Below, in pieces: positions 14,601 to 29,222 of a stretch of 64,000 bases of DNA (positions are counted from its first letter, which is position 1; each line of letters opens with the position of its first letter). Position numbers and translations under genes: made by a program. The DNA is from the human T2T-CHM13v2.0 reference genome, Homo sapiens, in NCBI RefSeq assembly GCF_009914755.1, contig NC_060925.1. The stretch is one strand, 5' to 3'. The notes under the pieces were generated by a model, which made no database searches, was not told the DNA's origin, and was given only the letters and a program-made list of their open reading frames with translations.

Positions 14601-17600
14601 ATGGAACCGAATGGAATCCTCATTGAATGGAAATGAAAGGGGTCATCATCTAATGGAATCGCATGGAATCATCATAAAATGGAATCGAATGGAATCAACA
14701 TCAAATGGAATCAAATGGAATCATTGAACGGAATTGAATGGAATCGTCATCGAATGAATTGGATGCAATCATCGAATGGTCTCGAATGGAATCTTCTTCA
14801 AATGGAATGGAATGGAATCATCGCATAGAATCGAATGGAATTATCATCGAATGGAATCGAATGGAATCAACATCAAACGGAAAAAAACGGAATTATCGAA
14901 TGGAACCGAAGAGAATCATCGAATGGACCCGAATGGAATCATCTAATAGAATGGAATGGAATAATCCATGGACTCGAATGCAATCATCATCGAATGGAAT
15001 CGAATGGAATCATCGAATGGACTCGAATGGAATAATCATTGAACGGAATCGATTGGAATCATCATCGGATGGAAACGAATGGAATCATCATCGAATGGAA
15101 ATGAAAGGAGTCATCATCTAATGGAATTGCATGGAATCATCATAAAATGGAATCGAATGGAATCAACATCAAATGGAATCAAATGGAATCATTGAACGGA
15201 ATTGAATGGAATCGTCATCGAATGAATTGACTGCAATCATCCAATGGTCTCGAATGGAATCATCTTCAAATGGAATGGAATGGAATCATCGCATAGAAGC
15301 GAATGGAATTATCATCGAATGGAATCGAATGGAATCAACATCCAACGGAAAAAAACGGAATTATCGAATGGAATCGAAGAGAATCATCGAATGGACCCGA
15401 ATGGAATCATCTAATGGAAAGGAATGGAATAATCCATGGACTCGAATGCAATCATCATCGAATGGAATCGAATGGAATCATCGAATGGACTCGAATGGAA
15501 TAATCATTGAACGGAATCGAATGGAATCATCATCGGATGGAAATGAATGGAATCATCATCGAATGGAATCGAATAGAATTATGGAATGAAATCCAGTGTG
15601 ATCATCATCGAATGGACCCGAATGGAATCATCATCCAACGGAAGCTAATGGAATCAACATCGAATGAATCAAATGGAAACACCATCGAATTGAAACGAAT
15701 GGAATTATCATGAAATTGAAATGGATGGACTCATCATCGAATGGATTCGAAAGGAATCATCGAATAAATTTGATTGAAATCATCATCGAATGGAATCGAA
15801 TGGTATCATTGAATGGAATCGAATGGAATCATCATCAGATGGAAATGAATGGAATCGTCATAGAATGGAATCGAATGGATTCATTGAATGGAATCAGATG
15901 GAATCATCGAATGGACTGGAATGGAATCATTGAATGGACTCGAAAGGGATCATGATTGAATGGAATTGAATGGAATCATCGAATGGTCTCGATTGGAATC
16001 ATTATCAAATGGAATCGAATGGAATCACCGAATAGAATCGAATGGAACAATCATCGAATGGACTCAAATGGAATTATCCTCCAATGGAATCGAATGGAAT
16101 TATCGAATGCAATCGAATGGAATTATCGAATGCAATCGAATAGAATCATCGAATGGACTCGAATGGAATCATCGAATGGAATGGAATGGAACAGTCAATG
16201 AACTCGAATGGAATCATCATTGAATGGAATCGAATGGAATCATCGAGTGGAATCGAATGGAATTATGATCAAATGGAATCGAATGTAATCATCATCAAAT
16301 GGAATCAAAAATAACCATCATCAATTGGTATTGAATGGAATTGTCATCAAATGGAATTCAAAGGAATCAATATCAAATGGAACCGAATGGAATCCTCATT
16401 GAATGGAAATGAAAGGGGTCATCATCTAATGGAATCGCATGGAATCATCATCAAATGGAATCGAATGGAATCATCATCAAATGGAATCTAATGGAATCAT
16501 TGAACAGAATTGAATGGAATCGTCATCGAATGAATTGAATGCAATCATCGAATGGTCTCGAATGGAATCATCTTCTAATGGAAAGGAATGGAATCATCGC
16601 ATAGAATCGAATGGAATTATCATCGAATGGAATCGAATGGTATCAACACCAAACGGAAAAAAACGGAATTATCGAATGGAATCGAAGAGAATCTTCGAAC
16701 GGACCCGAATGGAATCATCTAATGGAATGGAATGGAATAATCCATGGACTCGAATGCAATCATCATCGAATGGAATCGAATGGAATCATCGAATGGACTC
16801 GAATGGAATAATCATTGAACGGAATCGAATGGAATCATCATCGGATGGAAACGAATGGAATCATCATCGAATGGAAATGAAAGGAGTCATCATCTAATGC
16901 AATTGCATGGAATCATCATCAAATGGAATCGAATGGAATCAACATCAAATGGAATCTAATGGAATCATTGAACAGAATTGAATGGAATCGTCATCGAATG
17001 AATTGACTGCAATCATCGAATGGTCTCGAATGGAATCATCTTCAAATGGAATGGAATGGAATCATCGCATAGAATCGAATGGAATTATCATCGAATGGAA
17101 TCGAATGGAATCAACATCAAACGGAAAAAAACAGAATTATCGAATGGAATCGAAGAGAATCATCGCATGGACCCGAATGGAATCATCTAATGGAATGGAA
17201 TGGAATAATCCATGGACTCGAATGCAATCATCATCGAATGGAATCGAATGGAATCATCGAATGGACTCGAATGGAATAATCATTGAACGGAATCGAATGG
17301 AATCATCATCAGATGGAAATGAATGGAATCATCATCGAATGGAATCGAATACAATTATGGAATGAAATCCAGTGTGATCATCATCGAATGGACCCGAATG
17401 GAATCATCATCCAACGGAAGCTAATGGAATCAACATCGAATGAATCGAATGGAAACACCATCGAATTGAAACGAATGGAATTATCATGAAATTGAAATGG
17501 ATGGACTCATCATCGAATGGATTCGAATGGAATCATCGAATAAAATTGATTGAAATCATCATCGAATGGAATCGAATGGTATCATTGAATGGAATCGAAT

Positions 17601-20600
17601 GGAATCATCATCAGATGGAAATGAATGGAATCGTCATAGAATGGAATCGAATGGATTCATTGAATGGAATCAGATGGAATCATCGAATGGACTGGAATGG
17701 AATCATTGAATGGACTCAAAAGGGATCATGATTGAATGGAATTGAATGGAATCATCGAATGGTCTCGATTGGAATCATTATCAAATGGAATCGAATGGAA
17801 TCACCGAATAGAATCGAATGGAACAATCATCGAATGGACTCAAATGGAATTATCCTCAAATGGAATCGAATGGAATTATCGAATGCAATCGAATGGAATT
17901 ATCGAATGCAATCGAATAGAATCATCGAATGGACTCGAATGGAATCATCGAATGGAATGGAATGGAACAGTCAATGAACACGAATGGAATCATCATTGAA
18001 TGGAATCGAATGGAATCATCGAGTGGAATCGAATGGAATTATGATCAAATGGAATCGAATGTAATCATCATCAAATGGAATCAAAAATAACCATCATCAA
18101 TTGGTATTGAATGGAATTGTCATCAAATGGAATTCAAAGGAATCATCATCAAATGGAACCGAATGGAATCCTCATTGAATGGAAATGAAAGGGGTCATCA
18201 TCTAATGGAATCGCATGGAATCATCACCAAATGGAATCGAATGGAATCATCATCAAATGGAATCTAATGGAATCATTGAACAGAATTGAATGGAATCGTC
18301 ATCAAATGAATTGAATGCAATCATCGAATGGTCTCGAATGGAATCATCTTCTAATGGAAAGGAATGGAATCATCGCATAGAATCGAATGGAATTATCATC
18401 GAATGGAATCGAATGGTATCAACACCAAACGGAAAAAAACGGAATTATCAAATGGAATCGAAGAGAATCTTCGAACGGACCCGAATGGAATCATCTAATG
18501 GAATGGAATGGAATAATCCATGGACTCGAATGCAATCATCATCGAATGGAATCGAATGGAATCATCGAATGGACTCGAATGGAATAATCATTGAACGGAA
18601 TCGAATGGAATCATCATCGGATGGAAACGAATGGAATCATCATCGAATGGAAATGAAAGGAGTCATCATCTAATGCAATTGCACGGAATCATCATCAAAT
18701 GGAATCGAATGGAATCAACATCAAATGGAATCTAATGGAATCATTGAACAGAATTGAATGGAATCGTCATCGAATGAATTGACTGCAATCATCGAATGGT
18801 CTCGAATGGAATCATCTTCAAATGGAATGGAATGGAATCATCGCATAGAATCGAATGGAATTATCATCGAATGGAATCGAATGGAATCAACATCAAACGG
18901 AAAAAAACGGAATTATCGAATGGAATCGAAGAGAATCATCGAATGGACCCGAATGGAATCATCTAATGGAATGGAATGGAATAATCCATGGACTCGAATG
19001 CAATCATCATCGAATGGAATCGAATGGAATCATCGAATGGACTCGAATGGAATAATCATTGAACGGAATCGAATGGAATCATCATCAGATGGAAATGAAT
19101 GGAATCATCATCGAATGGAATCGAATAGAATTATGGAATGAAATCCAGTGTGATCATCATCGAATGGACCCGAGTGGAATCATCATCCAACGGAAGCTAA
19201 TGGAATCAACATCGAATGAATCAAATGGAAACACCATCGAATTGAAACGAATGGAATTATCATGAAATTGAAATGGATGGACTCATCATCGAATGGATTC
19301 GAATGGAATCATCGAATAAAATTGATTGAAATCATCATCGAATGGAATCGAATGGTATCATTGAATGGAATCGAATGGAATCATCATCAGATGGAAATGA
19401 ATGGAATCGTCATAGAATGGAATCGAATGGATTCATTGAATGGAATCAGATGGAATCATCGAATGGACTGGAATGGAATCATTGAATGGACTCAAAAGGG
19501 ATCATGATTGAATGGAATTGAATGGAATCATCGAATGGTCTCGATTGGAATCATTATCAAATGGAATCGAATGGAATCACCGAATAGAATCGAATGGAAC
19601 AATCATCGAATGGACTCAAATGGAATTATCCTCAAATGGAATCGAATGGAATTATCGAATGCAATCGAATGGAATTATCGAATGCAATCGAATAGAATGA
19701 TCGAATGGACTCGAATGGAATCATCGAATGGAATGCAATGGAACAGTCAATGAACTCGAATGGAATCATCATTGAATGGAATCGAATGGAATCATCGATT
19801 GGAATCGAATGGAATTATGATCAAATGGAATCGAATGTAATCCTCATCAAATGGAATCAAAAATAACCATCATCAATTGGTATTGAATGGAATTGTCATC
19901 AAATGGAATTCAAAGGAATCATCATCAAATGGAACCGAATGGAATCCTCATTGAATGGAAATGAAAGGGGTCATCATCTAATGGAATCGCATGGAATCAT
20001 CATCAAATGGAATCGAATGGAATCATCATCAAATGGAATCTAATGGAATCATTGAACAGAATTGAATGGAATCGTCATCGAATGAATTGAATGCAATCAT
20101 CGAATGGTCTCGAATGGAATCATCTTCTAATGGAAAGGAATGGAATCATCGCATAGAATCGAATGGAATTATCATCGAATTTAATGGAATGGAATCAACA
20201 TCAAACGGAAAAAAACGGAATTATCGAATGGAATCGAAGAGAATCTTCGAACGGACCCGAATGGAATCATCTAATGGAATGGAATGGAATAATCCATGGA
20301 CTCGAATGCAATCATCATCGAATGGAATCGAATGGAATCATCGAATGGACTCGAATGGAATAATCATTGAACGGAATCGAATGGAATCATCATCGGATGG
20401 AAACGAATGGAATCATCATCGAATGGAAATGAAAGGAGTCATCATCTAATGGAATTGCATGGAATCATCATAAAATGGAATCGAATGGAATCAACATCAA
20501 ATGGAATCAAATGAAATCATTGAACGGAATTGAATGGAATCGTCATCGAATGAATTGACTGCAATCATCCAATGGTCTCGAATGGAATCATCTTCAAATG

Positions 20601-23504
20601 GAATGGAATGGAATCATCGCATAGAATCGAATGGAATTATCATCGAATGGAATCGAATGGAATCAACATCAAACGGAAAAAAACGGAATTATCGAATGGA
20701 ATCGAAGAGAATCATCGAATGGACCCGAATGGAATCATCTAATGGAATGGAATGGAATAATCCATGGACTCGAATGCAATCATCATCGAATGGAATCGAA
20801 TGGAATCATCGAATGGACTCGAATGGAATAATCATTGAACGGAATCGAATGGAATCATCATCGGATGGAAATGAATGGAATCATCATCGAATGGAATCGA
20901 ATAGAATTATGGAATGAAATCCAGTGTGATCATCATCGAATGGACCCGAATGGAATCATCATCCAACGGAAGCTAATGGAATCAACATCGAATGAATCGA
21001 ATGGAAACACCATCAAATTGAAACGAATGGAATTATCATGAAATTGAAATGGATGGACTCATCATCGAATGGATTCGAATGGAATCATGGAATAAAATTG
21101 ATGGAAATCATCATCCAATGGAATCGAATGGTATCATTGAATGGAATCGAATGGAATCATCATCAGATGGAAATGAATGGAATCGTCATAGAATGGAATC
21201 GAATGGATTCATTGAATGGAATCAGATGGAATCATCGAATGGACTGGAATGGAATCATTGAATGGACTCGAAAGGGATCATGATTGAATGGAATTGAATG
21301 GAATCATCGAATGGTCTCGATTGGAATCATTATCAAATGGAATCGAATGGAATCACCGAATAGAATCGAATGGAACAATCATCGAATGGACTCAAATGGA
21401 ATTATCCTCCAATGGAATGCAATGGAATTATCGAATGCAATCGAATGGAATTATCGAATGCAATCGAATAGAATCATCGAATGGACTCGAATGGAATCAT
21501 CGAATGGAATGGAATGGAACAGTCAATGAACTCGAATGGAATCATCATTGAATGGAATCGAATGGAATCATCGAGTGGAATCGAATGGAATTATGATCAA
21601 ATGGAATCGAATGTAATCATCATCAAATGGAATCAAAAATAACCATCATCAATTGGTATTGAATGGAATTGTCATCAAATGGAATTCAAAGGAATCATCA
21701 TCAAATGGAACCGAATGGAATCCTCATTGAATGGAAATGAAAGGGGTCATCATCTAATGGAATCGCATGGAATCATCATCAAATGGAATCGAATGGAATC
21801 ATCATCAAATGGAATCTAATGGAATCATTGAACAGAATTGAATGGAATCGTCATCGAATGAATTGAATGCAATCATCGAATGGTCTCGAATGGAATCATC
21901 TTCTAATGGAAAGGAATGGAATCATCGTATAGAATCGAATGGAATTATCATCGAATGGAATCGAATGGTATCAACACCAAACGGAAAAAAACGGAATTAT
22001 CGAATGGAATCGAAGAGAATCTTCGAACGGACCCGAATGGAATCATCTAATGGAATGGAATGGAATAATCCATGGACTCGAATGCAATCATCATCGAATG
22101 GAATCGAACGGAATCATCGAATGGACTCGAATGGAATAATCATTGAACGGAATCGATTGGAATCATCATCGGATGGAAACGAATGGAATCATCATCGAAT
22201 GGAAATGAAAGGAGTCATCATCTAATGGAATTGCATGGAATCATCATAAAATGGAATCGAATGGAATCAACATCAAATGGAATCAAATGGAATCATTGAA
22301 CGGAATTGAATGGAATCGTCATCGAATGAATTGACTGCAATCATCCAATGGTCTCGAATGGAATCATCTTCAAATGGAATGGAATGGAATCATCGCATAG
22401 AATCGAATGGAATTATCATCGAATGGAATCGAATGGAATCAACATCAAACGGAAAAAAACGGAATTATCGAATGGAATCGAAGAGAATCATCGAATGGAC
22501 CCGAATGGAATCATCTAATGGAATGGAATGGAATAATCCATGGACTCGAATGCAATCATCATCGAATGGAATCGAATGGAATCATCGAATGGACTCGAAT
22601 GGAATAATCATTGAACGGAATCGAATGGAATCATCATCGGATGGAAATGAATGGAATCATCATCGAATGGAATCGAATAGAATTATGGAATGAAATCCAG
22701 TGTGATCATCATCGAATGGACCCGAATGGAATCATCATCCAACGGAAGCTAATGGAATCAACATCGAATGAATCGAATGGAAACACCATCGAATTGAAAC
22801 GAATGGAATTATCATGAAATTGAAATGGATGGACTCATCATCGAATGGATTCGAATGGAATCATCGAATAAAATTGATTGAAATCATCATCGAATGGAAT
22901 CGAATGGTATCATTGAATGGAATCGAATGGAATCATCATCAGATGGAAATGAATGGAATCGTCATAGAATGGAATCGAATGGATTCATTGAATGGAATCA
23001 GATGGAATCATCGAATGGACTGGAATGGAATCATTGAATGGACTCGAAAGGGATCATGATTGAATGGAATTGAATGGAATCATCGAATGGTCTCGATTGG
23101 AATCATTATCAAATGGAATCGAATGGAATCACCGAATAGAATCGAATGGAACAATCATCGAATGGACTCAAATGGAATTATCCTCAAATGGAATCGAATG
23201 GAATTATCGAATGCAATCGAATGGAATTATCGAATGCAATCGAATAGAATCATCGAATGGACTCGAATGGAATCATCGAATGGAATGGAATGGAACAGTC
23301 AATGAACACGAATGGAATCATCATTGAATGGAATCGAATGGAATCATCGAGTGGAATCGAATGGAATTATGATCAAATGGAATCGAATGTAATCATCATC
23401 AAATGGAATCAAAAATAACCATCATCAATTGGTATTGAATGGAATTGTCATCAAATGGAATTCAAAGGAATCATCATCAAATGGAACCGAATGGAATCCT
23501 CATT

Positions 23505-24908
23505 GAATGGAAATGAAAGGGGTCATCATCTAATGGAATCGCATGGAATCATCACCAAATGGAATCGAATGGAATCATCATCAAATGGAATCTAATGGAA
23601 TCATTGAACAGAATTGAATGGAATCGTCATCAAATGAATTGAATGCAATCATCGAATGGTCTCGAATGGAATCATCTTCTAATGGAAAGGAATGGAATCA
23701 TCGCATAGAATCGAATGGAATTATCATCGAATGGAATCGAATGGTATCAACACCAAACGGAAAAAAACGGAATTATCGAATGGAATCGAAGAGAATCTTC
23801 GAACGGACCCGAATGGAATCATCTAATGGAATGGAATGGAATAATCCATGGACTCGAATGCAATCATCATCGAATGGAATCGAATGGAATCATCGAATGG
23901 ACTCGAATGGAATAATCATTGAACGGAATCGAATGGAATCATCATCGGATGGAAACGAATGGAATCATCATCGAATGGAAATGAAAGGAGTCATCATCTA
24001 ATGCAATTGCATGGAATCATCATAAAATGGAATCGAATGGAATCAACATCAAATGGAATCAAATGGAATCATTGAACGGAATTGAATGGAATCGTCATCG
24101 AATGAATTGACTGCAATCATCGAATGGTCTCGAATGGAATCATCTTCAAATGGAATGGAATGGAATCATCGCATAGAATCGAATGGAATTATCATCGAAT
24201 GGAATCGAATGGAATCAACATCAAACGGAAAAAAACGGAATTATCGAATGGAATCGAAGAGAATCATCGAATGGACCCGAATGGAATCATCTAATGGAAT
24301 GGAATGGAATAATCCATGGACTCGAATGCAATCATCATCGAATGGAATCGAATGGAATCATCGAATGGACTCGAATGGAATAATCATTGAACGGAATCGA
24401 TTGGAATCATCATCGGATGGAAACGAATGGAATCATCATCGAATGGAAATGAAAGGAGTCATCATCTAATGGAATTGCATGGAATCATCATAAAATGGAA
24501 TCGAATGGAATCAACATCAAATGGAATCAAATGGAATCATTGAACGGAATTGAATGGAATCGTCATCGAATGAATTGACTGCAATCATCCAATGGTCTCG
24601 AATGGAATCATCTTCAAATGGAATGGAATGGAATCATCGCATAGAATCGAATGGAATTATCATCGAATGGAATCGAATGGAATCAACATCCAACGGAAAA
24701 AAACGGAATTATCGAATGGAATCGAAGAGAATCATCGAATGGACCCGAATGGAATCATGTAATGGAATGGAATGGAATAATCCATGGACTCGAATGCAAT
24801 CATCATCGAATGGAATCGAATGGAATCATCGAATGGACTCGTATGGAATAATCATTGAACGGAATCGAATGGAATCATCATCGGATGGAAATGAATGGAA
24901 TCATCATC
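23505..24908 (+). repeat. 2,244-bp variant unit: three 468-bp subunits
   Basis: Subunit landmarks at 23618, 24086 and 24554. The middle copy has a B-type start and an A-type end. Confidence 0.9.
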
Positions 24909-27900
24909 GAATGGAATCGAATAGAATTATGGAATGAAATCCAGTGTGATCATCATCGAATGGACCCGAATGGAATCATCATCCAACGGAAGCTAATGGA
25001 ATCAACATCGAATGAATCAAATGGAAACACCATCGAATTGAAACGAATGGAATTATCATGAAATTGAAATGGATGGACTCATCATCGAATGGATTAATGG
25101 AATCATCGAATAAAATTGATTGAAATCATCATCGAATGGAATCGAATGGTATCATTGAATGGAATCGAATGGAATCATCATCAGATGGAAATGAATGGAA
25201 TCGTCATAGAATGGAATCGAATGGATTCATTGAATGGAATCAGATGGAATCATCGAATGGACTGGAATGGAATCATTGAATGGACTCGAAAGGGATCATG
25301 ATTGAATGGAATTGAATGGAATCATCGAATGGTCTCGATTGGAATCATTATCAAATGGAATCGAATGGAATCACCGAATAGAATCGAATGGAACAATCAT
25401 CGAATGGACTCAAATGGAATTATCCTCCAATGGAATCGAATGGAATTATCGAATGCAATCGAATGGAATTATCGAATGCAATCGAATAGAATCATCGAAT
25501 GGACTCGAATGGAATCATCGAATGGAATGGAATGGAACAGTCAATGAACTCGAATGGAATCATCATTGAATGGAATCGAATGGAATCATCGAGTGGAATC
25601 GAATGGAATTATGATCAAATGGAATCGAATGTAATCATCATCAAATGGAATCAAAAATAACCATCATCAATTGGTATTGAATGGAATTGTCATCAAATGG
25701 AATTCAAAGGAATCATCATCAAATGGAACCGAATGGAATCCTCATTGAATGGAAATGAAAGGGGTCATCATCTAATGGAATCGCATGGAATCATCATCAA
25801 ATGGAATCGAATGGAATCATCATCAAATGGAATCTAATGGAATCATTGAACAGAATTGAATGGAATCGTCATCGAATGAATTGAATGCAATCATCGAATG
25901 GTCTCGAATGGAATCATCTTCTAATGGAAAGGAATGGAATCATCGCATAGAATCGAATGGAATTATCATCGAATGGAATCGAATGGTATCAACACCAAAC
26001 GGAAAAAAACGGAATTATCAAATGGAATCGAAGAGAATCTTCGAACGGACCCGAATGGAATCATCTAATGGAATGGAATGGAATAATCCATGGACTCGAA
26101 TGCAATCATCATCGAATGGAATCGAATGGAATCATCGAATGGACTCGAATGGAATAATCATTGAACGGAATCGAATGGAATCATCATCGGATGGAAACGA
26201 ATGGAATCATCATCGAATGGAAATGAAAGGAGTCATCATCTAATGGAATTGCATGGAATCATCATAAAATGGAATCGAATGGAATCAACATCAAATGGAA
26301 TCAAATGGAATCATTGAACGGAATTGAATGGAATCGTCATCGAATGAATTGACTGCAATCATCCAATGGTCTCGAATGGAATCATCTTCAAATGGAATGG
26401 AATGGAATCATCGCATAGAATCGAATGGAATTATCATCGAATGGAATCGAAGGGAATCAACATCCAACGGAAAAAAACGGAATTATCGAATGGAATCGAA
26501 GAGAATCATCGAATGGACCCGAATGGAATCATGTAATGGAATAGAATGGAATAATCCATGGACTCGAATGCAATCATCATCGAATGGAATCGAATGGAAT
26601 CATCGAATGGACTCGAATGGAATAATCATTGAACGGAATCGAATGGAATCATCATCGGATGGAAATGAATGGAATCATCATCGAATGGAATCGAATAGAA
26701 TTATGGAATGAAATCCAGTGTGATCATCATCGAATGGACCCGAATGGAATCATCATCCAACGGAAGCTAATGGAATCAACATCGAATGAATCAAATGGAA
26801 ACACCATCGAATTGAAACGAATGGAATTATCATGAAATTGAAATGGATGGACTCATCATCGAATGGATTCGAATGGAATCATCGAATAAAATTGATTGAA
26901 ATCATCATCGAATGGAATCGAATGGTATCATTGAATGGAATCGAATGGAATCATCATCAGATGGAAATGAATGGAATCGTCATAGAATGGAATCGAATGG
27001 ATTCATTGAATGGAATCAGATGGAATCATCGAATGGACTGGAATGGAATCATTGAATGGACTCGATAGGGATCATTATTGAATGGAATTGAATGGAATCA
27101 TCGAATGGTCTCGATTGGAATCATTATCAAATGGAATCGAATGGAATCACCGAATAGAATCGAATGGAACAATCATCGAATGGACTCAAATGGAATTATC
27201 CTCAAATGGAATCGAATGGAATTATCGAATGCAATCGAATGGAATTATCGAATGCAATCGAATAGAATCATCGAATGGACTCGAATGGAATCATCGAATG
27301 GAATGGAATGGAACAGTCAATGAACTCGAATGGAATCATCATTGAATGGAATCGAATGGAATCATCGAGTGGAATCGAATGGAATTATGATCAAATGGAA
27401 TCGAATGTAATCATCATCAAATGGAATCAAAAATAACCATCATCAATTGGTATTGAATGGAATTGTCATCAAATGGAATTCAAAGGAATCATCATCAAAT
27501 AGAACCGAATGGAATCCTCATTGAATGGAAATGAAAGGGGTCATCATCTAATGGAATCGCATGGAATCATCATAAAATGGAATCGAATGGAATCAACATC
27601 AAATGGAATCAAATGGAATCATTGAACGGAATTGAATGGAATCGTCATCGAATGAATTGGATGCAATCATCGAATGGTCTCGAATGGAATCTTCTTCAAA
27701 TGGAATGGAATGTAATCATCGCATAGAATCGAATGGAATTATCATCGAATGGAATCGAATGGAATCAACATCAAACGGAAAAAAACGGAATTATCGAATG
27801 GAATCGAAGAGAATCATCGAATGGACCCGAATGGAATCATCTAATGGAATGGAATGGAATAATCCATGGACTCGAATGCAATCATCATCGAATGGAATCG

Positions 27901-28103
27901 AATGGAATCATCGAATGGACTCGAATGGAATAATCATTGAACGGAATCGAATGGAATCATCATCGGATGGAAACGAATGGAATCATCATCGAATGGAAAT
28001 GAAAGGAGTCATCATCTAATGGAATTGCATGGAATCATCATAAAATGGAATCGAATGGAATCAACATCAAATGGAATCAAATGGAATCATTGAACGGAAT
28101 TGA

Positions 28104-28718
28104 ATGGAATCGTCAACGAATGAATTGACTGCAATCATCGAATGGTCTCGAATGTAATCACATTCTAATGGAAAGGAATGGAATCATCGCATAGAATCGA
28201 ATGGAATTAACATTGAATGGACTCGAATGGAATCAACATCAAACGGAATCAAGCGGAATTATCGAATGGAATCGAAGAGAATCATCGAATGGTCTCGAAT
28301 GGAATCATCTTCTAATGGAAAGGAATGGAATCATCGCATAGAATCGAATGGAATTAACATTGAATGGACTCGAATGGAATCAACATCAAATGGAATCAAG
28401 CGGAATTATCGAATGAAATCGAAGAGAATCATCGAATGGACTCGAATGGAATCATCTAATGGAATGGAATGGAATAATCCACGGACTCGAATGCAATCAT
28501 CATCGTATAGAATCGAATGGAATCATCGAATGGACTCGAATGGAATAATCATTGAACGGAAGCGAATGGAATCATCATCGGATGGAAACGAATGGGATCA
28601 TCATCGAATGGAAATGAAAGGAGTCATCATCTAATGGAATTGCATGGAATCATCATAAAATGGAATCGAATGGAATCAAAATCAAATGGAATCAAATGGA
28701 ATCATTGAACGGAATTGA
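28104..28718 (+). repeat. Divergent HSat2 subunit (468 + 147-bp internal duplication) within a 2,391-bp unit
   Basis: Words I saw nowhere else in the window: GGAATTAACATTGAATGGACTCG and GGAATCAAGCGG, each twice and 147 bp apart, plus AATCCACGG, CATCGTATAG and GGAAGCGAATGG. Confidence 0.88.
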
Positions 28719-29222
28719 ATGGAATCGTCATCGAATGAATTGACTGCAATCATCGAATGGTCTCGAATGGAATCATCTTCAAATGGAATGGAATGGAATC
28801 ATCGCATAGAATCGAATGGAATTATCATCGAATGGAATCGAATGGAATCAACATCAAACGGAAAAAAACGGAATTATCGAATGGAATCGAAGAGAATCAT
28901 CGAATGGACCCGAATGGAATCATCTAATGGAATGGAATGGAATAATCCATGGACTCGAATGCAATCATCATCGAATGGAATCGAATGGAATCATCGAATG
29001 GACTCGAATGGAATAATCATTGAACGGAATCGAATGGAATCATCATCGGATGGAAATGAATGGAATCATCATCGAATGGAATCGAATAGAATTATGGAAT
29101 GAAATCCAGTGTGATCATCATCGAATGGACCCGAATGGAATCATCATCCAACGGAAGCTAATGGAATCAACATCGAATGAATCGAATGGAAACACCATCG
29201 AATTGAAACGAATGGAATTATC

